A DNA stretch of 62,144 bases, the filler included, from Porpidia crustulata (lineage: Eukaryota), in NCBI GenBank assembly GCA_964255105.1. It is 15 parts of 15 records of this genome, joined end to end, with 100 filler letters (N's around TTAATTAATTAA, not from the genome) between each part and the next. Parts side by side here need not be neighbours in the genome. Positions count along the whole stretch, not along the records: positions 37,453 to 41,491 come from CAXUWE010002165.1; positions 41,592 to 45,629 come from CAXUWE010002166.1; positions 45,730 to 49,760 come from CAXUWE010002167.1; positions 49,861 to 53,889 come from CAXUWE010002169.1; 11 more parts are not named here. One strand, given 5' to 3'. Positions 38,186 to 50,993 of this stretch are shown piece by piece. The position numbers and the translations under genes were made by a program. A model generated the notes under the pieces. That model was not told where the DNA came from. It saw only the letters and a program-made list of their open reading frames with translations, and ran no database searches. Positions within the stretch are counted from its first letter, which is position 1. The number at the start of each line of letters is the position of its first letter.

Positions 38186-39913
38186 CTAGTGATAAACATT
38201 AGGCCGCGTTTCCTCCGATGCATGTGCAATAGAAAATTCTGAGACCGGATTATTTGCAATGGAGAATGGAGGTCTAGTAGTACTGAGGTAGGGTTGCGAT
38301 AAATCGTTGCGTCCAACGGCCGCGGCAGAGACATAATCCTGCCTCTCCGGAATCTGATCTTGCAACATCTTTCTGTTGGACTTGCCGGCATTTTCCCTCT
38401 CATCCTTAATGGCCTCCTGCATTAATGCCATATCCTTGAGGGCCTGGGCTTCGGTTAGTGGTGTCCCACCCTTCGCAAAATCTTCTACGACTTTGTTGGT
38501 CTTCTTGCCACCCGTTGAAGGAATTGCCGCCCTTCGACCAGCCATCTCGGTAAGAGTATCAACTGTACTAGAGTTCAGGCCCACTGTGCGGGTAGAGCGA
38601 GTTGCGTGGACGGAATTATTGGCTGTACGGTCCATCTCTGGAGCAGTAAGGAATATGTCTTCATCATCACTGTTGCCCTTATCGGCCGCGTCAATATCGT
38701 CCAGGGCCACATGTTCTTCTTCCTCCTCTACTTCCTCTTCCTCCGACTCATTATGGATGTACCCCTCGACATTAGCACTCTCCTGGCTCTCACCGTTGGT
38801 CTTGACACGCTTGTTAGAAAAGGAATTGATAGCCGCCAGCGTGGCCTTCTTTATGGTCAATTCCAAATCTTTGTCCGAGAAGAGGCGATCGACAGTATAA
38901 AGCGGGGCATTCTCATGAGCCTCGCGCGCATCTTGTACGTCTTTCCAGGCTTGCGGCATTTCAGTTTCAACGAGCCGGCCGTGCGGCCCAGGAGAGGCGT
39001 TGTCCGCGTCGGCAGGGGCTTTGCGCTTTCTCTTATTGCCCTCACCAACAGCAATAAGGTCATCGACATCTATTCTGTGTCGTGTATGCCTGGTTTTCCG
39101 GTTACTCAAAGGCCCTCCCGGGCTAGCGGGATTGGTGATGCTGAAATGGCTAGGATGGAAACGTAGAGCATTCGTGTCGCTGATATCCAATTTATCCTTC
39201 TCTTTGCTCAAGGCGTTTTTATTTACCGTGACTGAGTGGATAAGTCGCCTTTGGACGCTGGCCATGAGTTTACGATGTTCTTCATGTGCAACCTTGGTCA
39301 TGAATTTTTTGTCTTCTTGTAATTCATGGATCTTGTGGTTGTAACGATCCTAGCATAAAAGCATTAGCTGTAGACCTTTCGCTGAACAATACATTACCCG
39401 GTTAAAGTATCGACCGACTGAGACGAAAGAAAGGGGAAAGAGCATTATTCGTACCGCGAGCAGAACTAATTGTGCGTCCCGTTCCTCCATCGCAGCATTA
39501 ACTTCTTGAACAAAACCAGCAGCCCATTTACCTGCCCTTGGTGGAGCTTGAAACCTGGAATGCGATCCCGCTTGAGGGGGCCGCCCCCCTTGAGCACTAC
39601 TCGCAATCGTCTCATTAATCTTGTCAACAATTTCATCACCGAGATCGTCCAAGGGTTTGTTTTCGTAAGGGTTTGCTTCATTTATATAGCTCATATCGGC
39701 TTGGTATGTTTGGAGCTGTTGCCGGTAGTGCATATCACGATTATTGGCAAAGTTGGCGCTGATATCTCGAAGACGGTCAATCAAAGCATTTTTGCGCTTG
39801 TCTCGTTTCGAAAGTATTTGATTCGGGGGTGGAGTTACTGAGGTTCGAGGGATGTTTCTCGTGGCACCAGCAGCCGCCAGGGCCCCAGGTTGAGGTGAGG
39901 GCGAGTACGCCAT
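38186..39913 (-). CDS. SDS3: Sds3-like subunit of the Rpd3L histone deacetylase complex
   Basis: SKRDKRKNALIDRLRDISANFANNRDMHYRQQL; intron 39350-39454; LDISDTNALRFHPSHFSITNPASPGG...RKTRHTR. Confidence 0.78.
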
Positions 39914-41591
39914 TCTGCAACTTTACAAACGAGGGCGATCTGTATATCTAATAATCAGTCGTATTTTAGTACAGGAGAGCTCAGCCGGGCGGTACATTTT
40001 TGGTTCTGTCAGAACAACAAACTTAAAGATTGAGAAAGATCTTTTGATGCAATAAGGCACTGCAGCTCTGACTGATTGGATAAATGTTGGTGAGAACCTG
40101 CAAGAATTGTATGGTGTAATTCGAGTAATTATCAACAGCTTAGAAGTAAACAGCGGTGATAGTGGACTGTACAAGAACATGCAATGGTCACTGAAAAGTG
40201 AAAGTGGATGTGCAAGTGAGAGTGAGTTCGCGAGTAGATTTGAGTGAGTGTGAAAGGGTATGACGAGGGGGGCTGGACATGTGAGTGAGCTGAGCCACTA
40301 ATCTCTATTAAGCTAGAGTCGCGGCGCTACCTAGAAAGGCGCTTCACCTTTCCTCAGTCTCTCGTTCCTTGTTGTTATTGATCACTCTTTTTATCTTTCT
40401 TCGTTCATCTCACTTAAACAGTTGAACATGGATGACCCTTATTCTGCCTGCTAACCATTTGAAGGACCATCGTTTTAACGTAGTATATTCGGACGTTGTC
40501 TGGACATGCTACTCCGAGTAGATATCTGGAGCAGCTCTCAATCAAATTGGCTACGGCTTCTCGTTCGAAGCAGTACTTGTAATTTGTGTAAACATTACGA
40601 CATTATTTGGCCCGTGATACCTGTCATTGATCCTCCAACGTTGGTACGCATGCGAGGAAATCTCTACGTTAGCGGTACTTGTCATGAAAGTCTCAGTCTG
40701 TTCTCATACACTCCGTATTCAATTGAACCATCGAAGTCTCATGCTCTCAAGCTTGAAGTGAAATCCAAAAGTCATTTTATTTTCCCAAATAATGCTAGGG
40801 TAGATCGTTAGCGGAGCCATTGGCTTGACCTGTCACGTGAACGATCCATAGCATCAAGCATTGCAACTCCTATCATCTCCCAAAAATCACCTTCCCACAA
40901 TCGAGCCGGTCAAGGAACAGCTTCTGGGCAGTGTGAGGCAGTCCATTGCCGAAATCCCATCCGATATCGAGGTGGTATCAACGTTGCTGTACATAAGTTG
41001 ATGCTTAAAGATTAAGTTCGAGCGAATGTGGAGAATTGGAAAAGGGAAAATGGTAGGGGGGTGATGAGCTGGAAAGGTATTGATGAGTGGATGAGTGGGT
41101 AGGTGGGTGGGTGAATGGATCACGAAGGTGGGATTGGAACTAGATGGATGGATATATCGTCGGCTGTGTGGATATTGGAGAGTTGAACATTCGTACCTAG
41201 ATAGATACGCATGACGCCTTGGCAATTCTTCGCGTCCGTCATATCCAACCCCTTCCTTGCTTCCCTCCTTCCCTCCTTCTTTTCCTCCCATCCGAAAATC
41301 CTTCCCAGATATCGATTAGCTCCCACATCGTATGCGTATGCGTATACTATCTCACGAGCGTAATTAGACAGATAGACGATCAGTGCGTTATTTTCATCGA
41401 GTAGTTCGATTTATGTGCGAGTTTTTTTGGTTCCAAGATTTTATGGTGTATGTGTTGTTGGTTCCATCTCACCCATCCCTCTCCCTTATTCNNNNNNNNN
41501 NNNNNNNNNNNNNNNNNNNNNNNNNNNNNNNNNNNTTAATTAATTAANNNNNNNNNNNNNNNNNNNNNNNNNNNNNNNNNNNNNNNNNNNN

Positions 41592-42268
41592 GTTGTTTTG
41601 CTACATGGTGGAGGGTGGGGGGAGCAAGTTGTTAGTGCAGGTGAAGACGTGGCTTTATCGGTATCCTGAGGCAAGTAAGAGAATGTTAGAGAAGATTGCG
41701 GGCTTATGCGTCGAGTACCTGGCGCTGCAGGTCAAGGCTGGAGCGCAGATCGTCCAGGTGTTCGACTCGTGGGCGGGGGAGCTGAGCCCGAAAAGCTTCG
41801 GGGAGTTTAGCTTACCTTATCTGCGAAGCATTGCTAGGAGATTGCCGCAGAGACTGAGGGAGATGGGGTTGGAGGTAGTACCGATGGTGGTATTTGCGAA
41901 AGGGGCGTGGTACGCGTTGGATGAGCTGTGTGAGTCGGGATACCAGGTCGTTGGGTTGGATTGGCTGCACGATCCGGCGGAGGCGGTCAAGATTGCCAGA
42001 GGGAGGGTTGTACTGCAGGGAAATGCGGATCCGGGGGTGCTATACGGAGGGAGGGAAGCGATTACGGCTGTTGTGCAGGAGATGGTTACGGGATTTCGGG
42101 GTGGAAAGCAAGGGTGGATTGCCAATTTGGGTCATGGTCGGTATCTCATACACCGTGGGAAGGCAGTCGCTGACATGGTCGATAGGTATCACTCCGTTCG
42201 TTGACCCGGACGATTTGAAATTCTTTTTCCAGGAGATTCGTCGATTGACTGAGGCGAGTATACGATAA
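41592..42268 (+). CDS. HEM12: Uroporphyrinogen decarboxylase, 5' partial
   Basis: YMVEGGGSK, QVFDSWAGEL, VVFAKG, GLDW, LQGNADP, WIANLGHG, intron, ITPFVDP. Confidence 0.95.
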
Positions 42269-42352
42269 CTAATGAAATTATGGTGGTAATGCTTCATAGA
42301 TTATGACACAAAAATAGACGATATGTACAGCTTCGTACTCTAGATTTATATT

Positions 42353-42937
42353 TCATTCTCCGATATCCTCATTCCTACGATTTCGTTCTTGTTAGCAACA
42401 AAGTTTCTACACATAAAGGGCAGGAAATATTCTAATCCGACTCACCATACTTCTAGTTTCTCCTTCATAAACCTCTGCATCAAATCCATGCACTGAGAGT
42501 TCTCCAGCACCACAACCTCAATCCCTCTCTGCTTCAAATACGCCTCGCCCCCCACGAAATTCTTATTCTCCCCTATGACTACCCGGCCAACCTTGTACAG
42601 CACACAAGCGCCGGTGCACATGTCACAAGGCGAGAGCGTCGTGTACATCGTAGCACCCTTGTAAGCCGACGCTGGAAGTCTGCCAGTGTTCTCCAAGCAT
42701 GAGATCTCCGCCTGGACAAATTGTCAATGATGCAATACTGGCTCTATTTCCGTCCTTTGACGTGGCTCCAAATCCTACGTGAAGTGTTGCGCTGCCTTTC
42801 TGGACTCGCATGTTGTGCCCTCGACCTAAGATCTTGCCATCACCGGAGACCAGGCATGCACCGATTGGGACACCACCCTCTTCGAAACCCGCTTGGGCTT
42901 CTTCAACAGCTACGAGGAAGCCTGGGTCTTTCTCCAT
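42353..42937 (-). CDS. FCY1: Cytosine deaminase (3 exons)
   Basis: EGGVPIGACL, GHNMRVQKGSATLH, intron, AEISCLENTGRL, YTTLSPCDMCTGA, W, intron, NEDIGE*. Confidence 0.95.
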
Positions 42938-43638
42938 GTCCCAGAAATGTGCTGGAAGGAGAAGGTTAAAGTGATGACAGGAATTGATAACGGTATCACC
43001 TTAAAAAGGCTAGCGTTAATATATGGTACGATTCAATATTAGCCTATCTAAGCGGCTCTCCATGATTTCCACCATTTTGACCCAAATATTGTTGTAAATT
43101 ACTTATAATCTAGCCATTTCTCAGACAACTGCTGATCTCGTCACCGGGCTGTCGTCAACGCCCTGGGAAGCCGTGTCTTCAGTCTTGACAAATTGATCCA
43201 ATCTGAGCATAAATTCCACAAGGCTGATCGGAGTAGAATTCGTTAGAATCGCGGCGAAAACCTTAATTTTGCAAGCGAAGGGATCTTTTCTTAGATTTAC
43301 AACCTTCCACCGCCTACATCAACCAGCGACAGCCTTAGACACCACAACTTGCAGCACCGTTCATACCAAGAAACAGCTTCCCTCAGATAGCTCCAAGTCT
43401 CCCTAGGTAGCTTCACATTATTTAGATACTAAAGTCAGGTATGTTCATCCTGCTGAGTTTATCATGCAGGTAGCTCGGGCTCGTGAAGGGTATTTGAACA
43501 CCCAGAAGTTGCTAATTGTCTCTTGAAGTAGACTCTGCAAACACTCGACAGTAAAGAGAGGACTCGAAATTCTAGGACGTCCAACGCAAGAGACAGCCAT
43601 ACACCGTGGTGTTCACTTACCGATAGCGAGCCAGCAAG

Positions 43639-45060
43639 ATGGTCAAGGACAGCAAGTTTTACGATGTGCTGGGGGTGTGTTCTATTCCTTTCTCATGACC
43701 GCCGAAGATCCTGCCAAATCTGTTGCTGACATCACGTTTTCTGTAGGTGTCTTCGGATGCTTCTGAGTCACAGCTAAAATCGGCCTACAAAAAAGGAGCT
43801 CTCAAACACCACCCAGGTATTTCATGTGCTTTCGTGGTCCTCCCACAAACACTAAAATGAAATCGCTACAGACAAGAATGCCCATAATCCAGATGCGGCC
43901 GAGAAATTCAAGGACCTTTCACATGCATACGAAGTCCTCTCAGATCCCCAGAAACGTCAGCTATATGACCAATATGGTGAGGAAGGTTTAGAGCAAGGTG
44001 GAGGCGGTGGAGGTATGGCGGCCGAGGACCTATTTGCCCAATTCTTTGGCGGTGGCGGCGGAGCTTTCGGTGGGATGTTTGGTGGTGGAATGCGCGACCA
44101 AGGGCCAAAGAAGGCTAGGACGATCCACCATGTTCACAAAGTTTCACTCGAAGATATCTACCGAGGCAAAGTATCGAAGCTGGCTCTGCAGAAGTCAGTC
44201 ATTTGCCCTGGATGCGATGGTCGCGGAGGCAAGGATGGCGCCGTGAAGACTTGCAGTGGCTGTAACGGTGCTGGTATGAAGACAATGATGCGGCAGATGG
44301 GACCTATGATCCAGCGATTCCAGACCGTCTGCCCGGACTGTCAGGGAGAGGGCGAGATCATCCGGGACAAGGATCGTTGTAAGCGCTGTGGTGGGAAGAA
44401 GACGGTCATTGAGCGGAAGGTGCTTCACGTCCATGTCGACAAGGGGGTCAAGAGTGGTTTCAAAATTGATTTTCCTGGTGAGGGAGACCAGTCGCCAGGG
44501 GTTCTACCAGGTGATGTTCAATTCGAGATTGAGCAGAAGCCGCATGCACGTTTCCAACGCAAGGATGACGACCTATTCTACCACGCGGAAATCGACCTTT
44601 TGACCGCTTTGGCTGGCGGCACTGTCAACATCGAGCATTTGGACGACCGTTGGCTGACTGTGACAGTCGTACCTGGGGAGGTTATTAGTCCAGGTATGGC
44701 ATTCTATTAAAAATTGAATTGTTCGAAATACTGACAAGTGTAGGTGAGATCAAGATGATTCGTGGCCAAGGAATGCCTTCCATGAGACATCACGACTACG
44801 GAAATCTATACATTCAATTTGATGTAAAATTCCCGACTGAGAATTTCAACTCTCCAGAAAAAATCGCTATGCTCGAAGGAATCCTCCCACCTCGAAAGCT
44901 AGCCGCACAACCTCCAGTTGATGCGATGGTCGATGATTTCGTTTTGGAACAAGTTGACCAGAGCGGACAACGAAGAGCGCAAGGCGCCACAAGTATGGAA
45001 GAAGACGAGGAAGATGGTGTGCCGCATGGTGCTGAGCGGATGCAATGCGCTTCGCAGTAA
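43639..45060 (+). CDS. YDJ1: Type I Hsp40 co-chaperone Ydj1/Mas5
   Basis: J-domain with HPD split by introns, G/F region, CxxCxGxG zinc repeats, CaaX end CASQ. Probable 5'UTR intron ~43439-43531. Confidence 0.96.
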
Positions 45061-45729
45061 TGGAAGTACGAAAATGGCTTGATGAAGAACGAATGGACGC
45101 AAGCATACCATGATGGCTCAAAGAAGGCTCATGCTTATTGGCTTCTACGTGGGTTTCCGGTTGACAACTTCGAAGGTTACCGCAAGATGACTATACCCGC
45201 ATAGATGTTTACCGCCTGCTCTACATCCTGCATCAACAAAGGAAGGCGTAACAGATCTCGTATTTCCCGCTTTAGCAATCCCATTTCCGTGCGAATCTGT
45301 TTACGGGAGCGTGCCTCCCTCGATACCAGAGTAGATAGATCTCTTGCCGGCCGTGTCATCTTCGCTTCTGTTCGCTAGAAGCATACATTTTTTCATATTC
45401 TTCTTTTTTCACGTGCATGGCGTTGTTAGAGAGTGTAATTCGGATTCGAACGAGGAGACTTTTCCAATCTCCAGATCGCTTTGAAGGGGGATGGATGACT
45501 AAATCGGCTCAAGGTCGAAACGAACAAACATCCATTCTTCCTCAACGGATACATCTAACGAGAAGCTAACTGTCGAATTACTCGATGTATCTCAAGTTCT
45601 GTAGGCACACAAGCGACATTGACCTGGGGNNNNNNNNNNNNNNNNNNNNNNNNNNNNNNNNNNNNNNNNNNNNTTAATTAATTAANNNNNNNNNNNNNNN
45701 NNNNNNNNNNNNNNNNNNNNNNNNNNNNN

Positions 45730-46879
45730 GGAAGTCGGCGGCGTGCTCGGGGGCGTAGGCGGCTTTTTCGAAGGCGATGCTGGAATAGCGGTAGCCGGCG
45801 GCGCAGTACTGGGCCATGTAGGCGAAGCCGAAGCGGGGGAGGGAGAAGCTGGCGGCGGCGTATTGGGTGGTGTGTTTGGCTTCGTGCACGAGGGTCTGGA
45901 TGAATTGGGTGTAGGCGAAGGTGGGAAAGGCGGCGGGGGCGGAGATTTGGCGGTCGTCGGGCCCGTAGATGTCGCGGTTGAAGGTGATGGCGTGGTATTG
46001 GCCGAGGTTGAGGAATTTGCGGAGGTTGTAGTGTACGCGTAGGTTTTGGTCGAGGGGGAAGGTGCCGTAGATGGGGTGGAGGAAGAACATTTGGTCGGGC
46101 GAGATGCTGAGGCCGGGGGATGGGTTGCGTTCGTGTACGGAGGCTGCGGTGGTCAGGTAGCCGCCGACGGTGTTGTAGGCGAAGATGGAACAGAGTTGGT
46201 CGGTGGTTGCTTTGGCGAGCTTGTCGATGACCGGGGCGGACCCAGGAATGATTTTCTTCACCACATTGACGGCGTCCTTTATGCCGATACCGTTGAAGCA
46301 GCAGCCGCGCTTTGAGAGAGTGGTCTCATCGGAGGCGGTGGTGTTGGATTCCGCAAAGGAGGCAGTGGTTAGATCATCCCCTACGCTGTCGGATCGATTA
46401 AAGACGAGAAGGACGGCATCACTGAAGGCGGAAGACGTTTGTTCGATAGTGGAAGTGATGTTTTCTGGCGGAACATCTAATTGCTTCAGCACGGAAGGCT
46501 GGGCCAACGCGATACCATCAACGTTGGCGGTCGAAAGGTCCGTCGGGAGGCTGACAGGAACGTTAATGGCAATAGCCACATCACCAACCGAGCTGTTGTC
46601 CTTGATCTGGTACGTGTTGGGCTCTGACAAGTTCTGCAAAGTAGGAAGATACGACGTGCTGTTGTAAGTCGTGATGATACTGTCCAGAGTCTCTGTCAAA
46701 TTACTCCGAGAGGGCGCGAAAGAGGAAGATAATTGAGGTGGGCTACAGGAGAGGTCGGTCACAGTGACTGTAACGGTTACTGGCGAGTTGCTCGGTAGAG
46801 CAGCTGTTAGAGAGAAACTAATAAGTGCAAAGACAGCGGGTAGGAACCAAGCATGATTGATGAATCGAGGAGAAGCCAT
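45730..46879 (-). CDS. Secreted preproprotein with C-terminal HExxH (DUF4157-like) metallopeptidase-like domain, 3' partial
   Basis: Signal peptide MASPRFINHAWFLPAVFALISFSLTAALP, S/T-rich pro-region, Kex2-type LSKR, then HAITFNRDIY...LVHEAKHTTQY...FGFAY...IAFEKAAY. Intronless. Confidence 0.7.
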
Positions 46880-48880
46880 GACGAAAAGATGAGACTGAAA
46901 TCTATTCGAATGCAATGGTCTTGACTGATAAAGGAGACATGCTGTATATCAAGCATTCCAAGACGCTTGCGAAAGCAAGAATGAGCACGAGAGAAACGCT
47001 TTTGGCAGTAGTAAGGCCGAGCCACTCACTTGGACGATGAAATCAGCTCATTGTTTACCAAAGGCTTCATATGCCAAGTTGAGCTTCAACCGACAGAGTC
47101 TGGTGGGCTGCCCATGGGCACGGATTGGGACAAGTAAACGGCCCTAGCTGATTGGGCAGTTCTAAAAGCGAAGAACTTCCTTATGATGCCCTCTAGCGCC
47201 GAAGTCTCGGGTTCCCAAGGCTGAGGTCAGGAGCTCAGCCCTCGCTACCAAAGCTGGATACCAAGAAGTATTGAGACTTTATGCTTATTATCAAGCTTTG
47301 GTGAGAACTGAGACGCTAGACATAACCCGGAAGGATTTAGCGGAGGGGCTGGCATTATTTTTTTGGGACGAAGTAATTGCATTGCGTCTTTTCCTCATGT
47401 TCTGAACGTCCAAGACGAAGGCACTCGGATCTGTTGGTGTTGGCGCTTGTGTCTTGTGCTTGTTGCTTCAAGTGAATGGCGCTTTCTAGGTGAAGCATCT
47501 GCAACAGAGGGCCATAATGATGCCGCGGGTCAACTATAATATCAACAGAGCCCAAATGTTTGAATCGAGGATCGAAGAGTGACGAGGCATAGTACGAATA
47601 ATGCCAATCAAGACTATGATATTATTGCTCTGAAAATTGCAATGGCTATGCTGAACATGGGTATGGCTTGCTGAGAGCATGAGACTAAGCCTATACACAT
47701 TCAGAGAGGTTCGACAGAAAGAAGAATCATGATAGTATGACAGTCAGAGAGCTATGGGGTCAGTAAGTTGTGGAGGTCGAGGCCTGAAAATAGGAAATAA
47801 GGCTCCGCCAAGGGGACGCTAGTCCCGTTCAGGCTCAAGAATTTCATCCAGTTCAATTTCTCCGCTCTCCTCCCGTCCGCTGTGAGCTGCCAAGCATTCC
47901 TGTATGCAAATCCTAGAGCCGCCAAGTAATCAATAAGGCGCCCGTCTTGACAGTGAGAAGAAGAAAGCCCGGGCAAAGGAGACGGTAACCTCATTAGTCA
48001 TAACCCTTTCACTCTTTGGTGCTCCATACCTACTCACTCAGTCTACTGGGGCTGTGGGACTTGGCGACGCCATGAATTGGCAAACGAGGGCGCTTCTAGC
48101 TGGTCATCGCACCCGACAACCTCAACCTCCGCCCTACACACTGGGATACTGTTCCTCCCCACCTACCCGAGGCTCAAGGGCTAAGGGCTGGAAATGAGAT
48201 GAGTGGATGCACTTACATAGCGACAATACTGAGCAGTTGATACGAATCCCACATCCTCTCCGCCTGCCCTTTGCGACCCGTAACGAACCCAGAGATTTCA
48301 ATATCGTTACAGTTCTACGTAGATGCATGCTTATCCAAGGTCCAATATCTTTCATCGGTAAATCATCTTTGGAGCTTTCGATGGATTTTTTGTTGCCTTT
48401 TTCAACGCTTCTATCGGTGGAGTTGAGCAGACTCTGTTTTCTGTCTTTTCGTTCAAACGTTTTAGATGTTGGTACTTGAGATGAAACTAAGACCGTGGAT
48501 CCCTAACAACTATTTGCAAGATGGTATTCCTACTTCAGGCTGCTACTCACAATCGTGCCTAAATCGCCCCTTGACGTATTACAGTTCTTCATTATGCTTT
48601 TCTCGTAATACTTCTCGCACGACATGCATTGTTCGATCATGTGTAAAGTCATTGGTTAGGCATCGAATGCCGTTCCGTCGCGCATTGTCCTCACGCAGGT
48701 TTCCCCATTCTCCCGCATGCAAAATTATAAAGACCACATGTTCATAGGTAGGCGTTCAATGTTCACGATAATAATCTCCGAGAATGACCACATCATCGTC
48801 ATGTCGATGAATCCCAAGATTCCCCAACTCGCTGGTGAGAGCGGCAATCTCAAAATCATCGTTCAACTCAACCCTCCACC

Positions 48881-49760
48881 ATGAGAATCGCTCAAGTCTC
48901 TCCCCTCTTCGAGGCCGTCCCACCCAAATTCTACGGAGGAACAGAGCGAGTTGTATCCCATCTCACGGAAGCTCTGGTGGAGCTTGGTCATGATATTACC
49001 ATCTTTGCCAGCGGCGACAGCATCACCAAAGCCAATCTCATCGCTCCATGGCCACAAGCCACTCGGCTTGACCCTTCCATCAACGAAACCCTAACGCCGG
49101 AAATCATGCAATTGGAGATGCTCGCAGTCCATGCCAAGGAATTCGACATTATCCATCTCCACACCGGATTTTTAGCAATACCTCTGCTGAAACGACTGGG
49201 TATACCGTTACTTCTAACGCTACATTCCCCCATGAACCCCGCAGAAGTCCAGGGACTGCTGCAAATATTCCATGATGTACCTCTCGTCTCTATTTCAGAT
49301 TCTCAGCGGCAGCATAATCCAACCGCAAACTACATCAAGACAATCCCGCACGGACTTCCACCCGACCTCCTGCCTCTGGGAAGTGGCAGCGGCGACTATC
49401 TCGCATTCCTCGGCCGCATCTCCCCCGAAAAAGGCCCAGACGCCGCCATTTGTATCGCCGCGCGCGCCGGGAAGAAGCTCATCATCGCAGCAAAAATCGA
49501 TGCCTACGATCAAGCGTACTTTGACAAAACCATTAAACCCCTCCTGAGCCTGCCTCACGTCGACTACATCGGCGAGATCAACGACTCACAGAAAGCCTCC
49601 TTCCTCGGCAATGCCGCCGCGCTGCTGTTCCCGATCGCCTGGCCCGAGCCGTTCGGCCTCGTGATGATCGAAGCGATGATGTGCGGCACCCCCACGATCG
49701 CCATGGGTCTGGGCGCGGTGCCGGAGGTGATTGAGCATGGGGTCACGGGGTATGTGGTTC
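48881..49760 (+). CDS. GT4 (GT-B) glycosyltransferase of bacterial AviGT4-like type, 3' partial
   Basis: MRIAQVSPLFEAVPPKFYGGTERVV...LGHDITIFASGDS, YLAFLGRISPEKG, LLFPIAWPEPFGLVMIEAMMCGTP (EX7E motif). Intronless. Confidence 0.9.
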
Positions 49761-50359
49761 NNNNNNNNNNNNNNNNNNNNNNNNNNNNNNNNNNNNNNNN
49801 NNNNTTAATTAATTAANNNNNNNNNNNNNNNNNNNNNNNNNNNNNNNNNNNNNNNNNNNNTTCGTTTTCGCTAAATTCAAAAATCGGCCATACCAATTTG
49901 CACACAGCGATATATGCGCATATCAGAGTTCCGCTCCGCTGAAAAGTCTTGGCATTTGTTTCAGCAATGTCTATGTACGTGTAGGAGCAATTCAGAATGT
50001 CAAAAACGTGAACACTATTCCTGGGCACAATCACGATACTCTGAAGCCTATTGAATAGTTGTTCAAGCACAGCGCTGCGTCTGAGCACAGCCTTAAGCCG
50101 CATGGATATCTCAGTTGTCTCATTGTCATCCTCCCTCAGATAGCTGAAAGCGCTACGCCTTCGGTGACCTCGAACGCCAGATCTCAATATTCAACTATTT
50201 ACACTTGACTCATACTAAGTTCCTGGTCCAGCTCTTGAGAACCTTGCACTGGCGACTTGTGGAATACGAAGGTCGTGCTCTGTTTATTGATCGAGTCTCT
50301 GAGGGGTAGTTCTCCAATTGACTAATTTCAAATGGTCTACTTTCTCCCCTCACATTTCC

Positions 50360-50620
50360 TCAGATTGTAGACCGCGTTTCGACGTAGTAGCCCGGATCTG
50401 GTCTCCTCTTTTCCCGCATCTCAGCGTCTGTCATGGCGTGCTCAACTTCAGATACCGCAAGTAACTCTTTGACTTTCATGATTTGACCAGCGACTTGAGG
50501 ACTGACGGGGTGGAAGACCGTGCGCATTCGTTTTCGAAGGCCGAGTGCTGCGAGGACACCTTGCGTATTTTGGGGCAAGCCAATGGAAGATCGTATGAGA
50601 GTAATACGGAAGAAGGGCAT
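50360..50620 (-). CDS. MRPL33: Mitochondrial ribosomal protein uL30m
   Basis: [16 protein letters not shown]...[34 protein letters not shown]...[10 protein letters not shown]. Confidence 0.93.
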   Translation of the reverse strand: MPFFRITLIRSSIGLPQNTQGVLAALGLRKRMRTVFHPVSPQVAGQIMKVKELLAVSEVEHAMTDAEMREKRRPDPGYYVETRSTI

Positions 50621-50993
50621 GCTGATGATGATGAGACAATTATTGACTGTAGCTACAAGCCCCGCACTCTAGAATAGCTATAGATAAGTATTGTAACCTA
50701 GGTTCAGATTTGAATTAACTTACAGGCCAGCGCTCAAGATAATTCAGAGGATTCTGACTCTGGATTTACCAATGGTGTGAAAGTTGAATTTAAAAAAGTT
50801 GAAAGTTGATGTGGGTGGACAAATCTATAGGTGGCCCGTGCGGACCTCGAACTTCATCAAACGATGACAGTGAAGTTTATACATCAAGGGCACAAGTATA
50901 TTCTACCTACGCCAGAAATGCTCCATGAAGTCCATTACGAATCTTTGGCCAGTCTATGCGGCAAAGATACTAATCTGACTCTCCATCATCATC

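Noticed and set aside
42353..42937. FCY1 as part of a mutator system
   Set aside because: An ordinary pyrimidine-salvage cytosine deaminase in a core-gene context.
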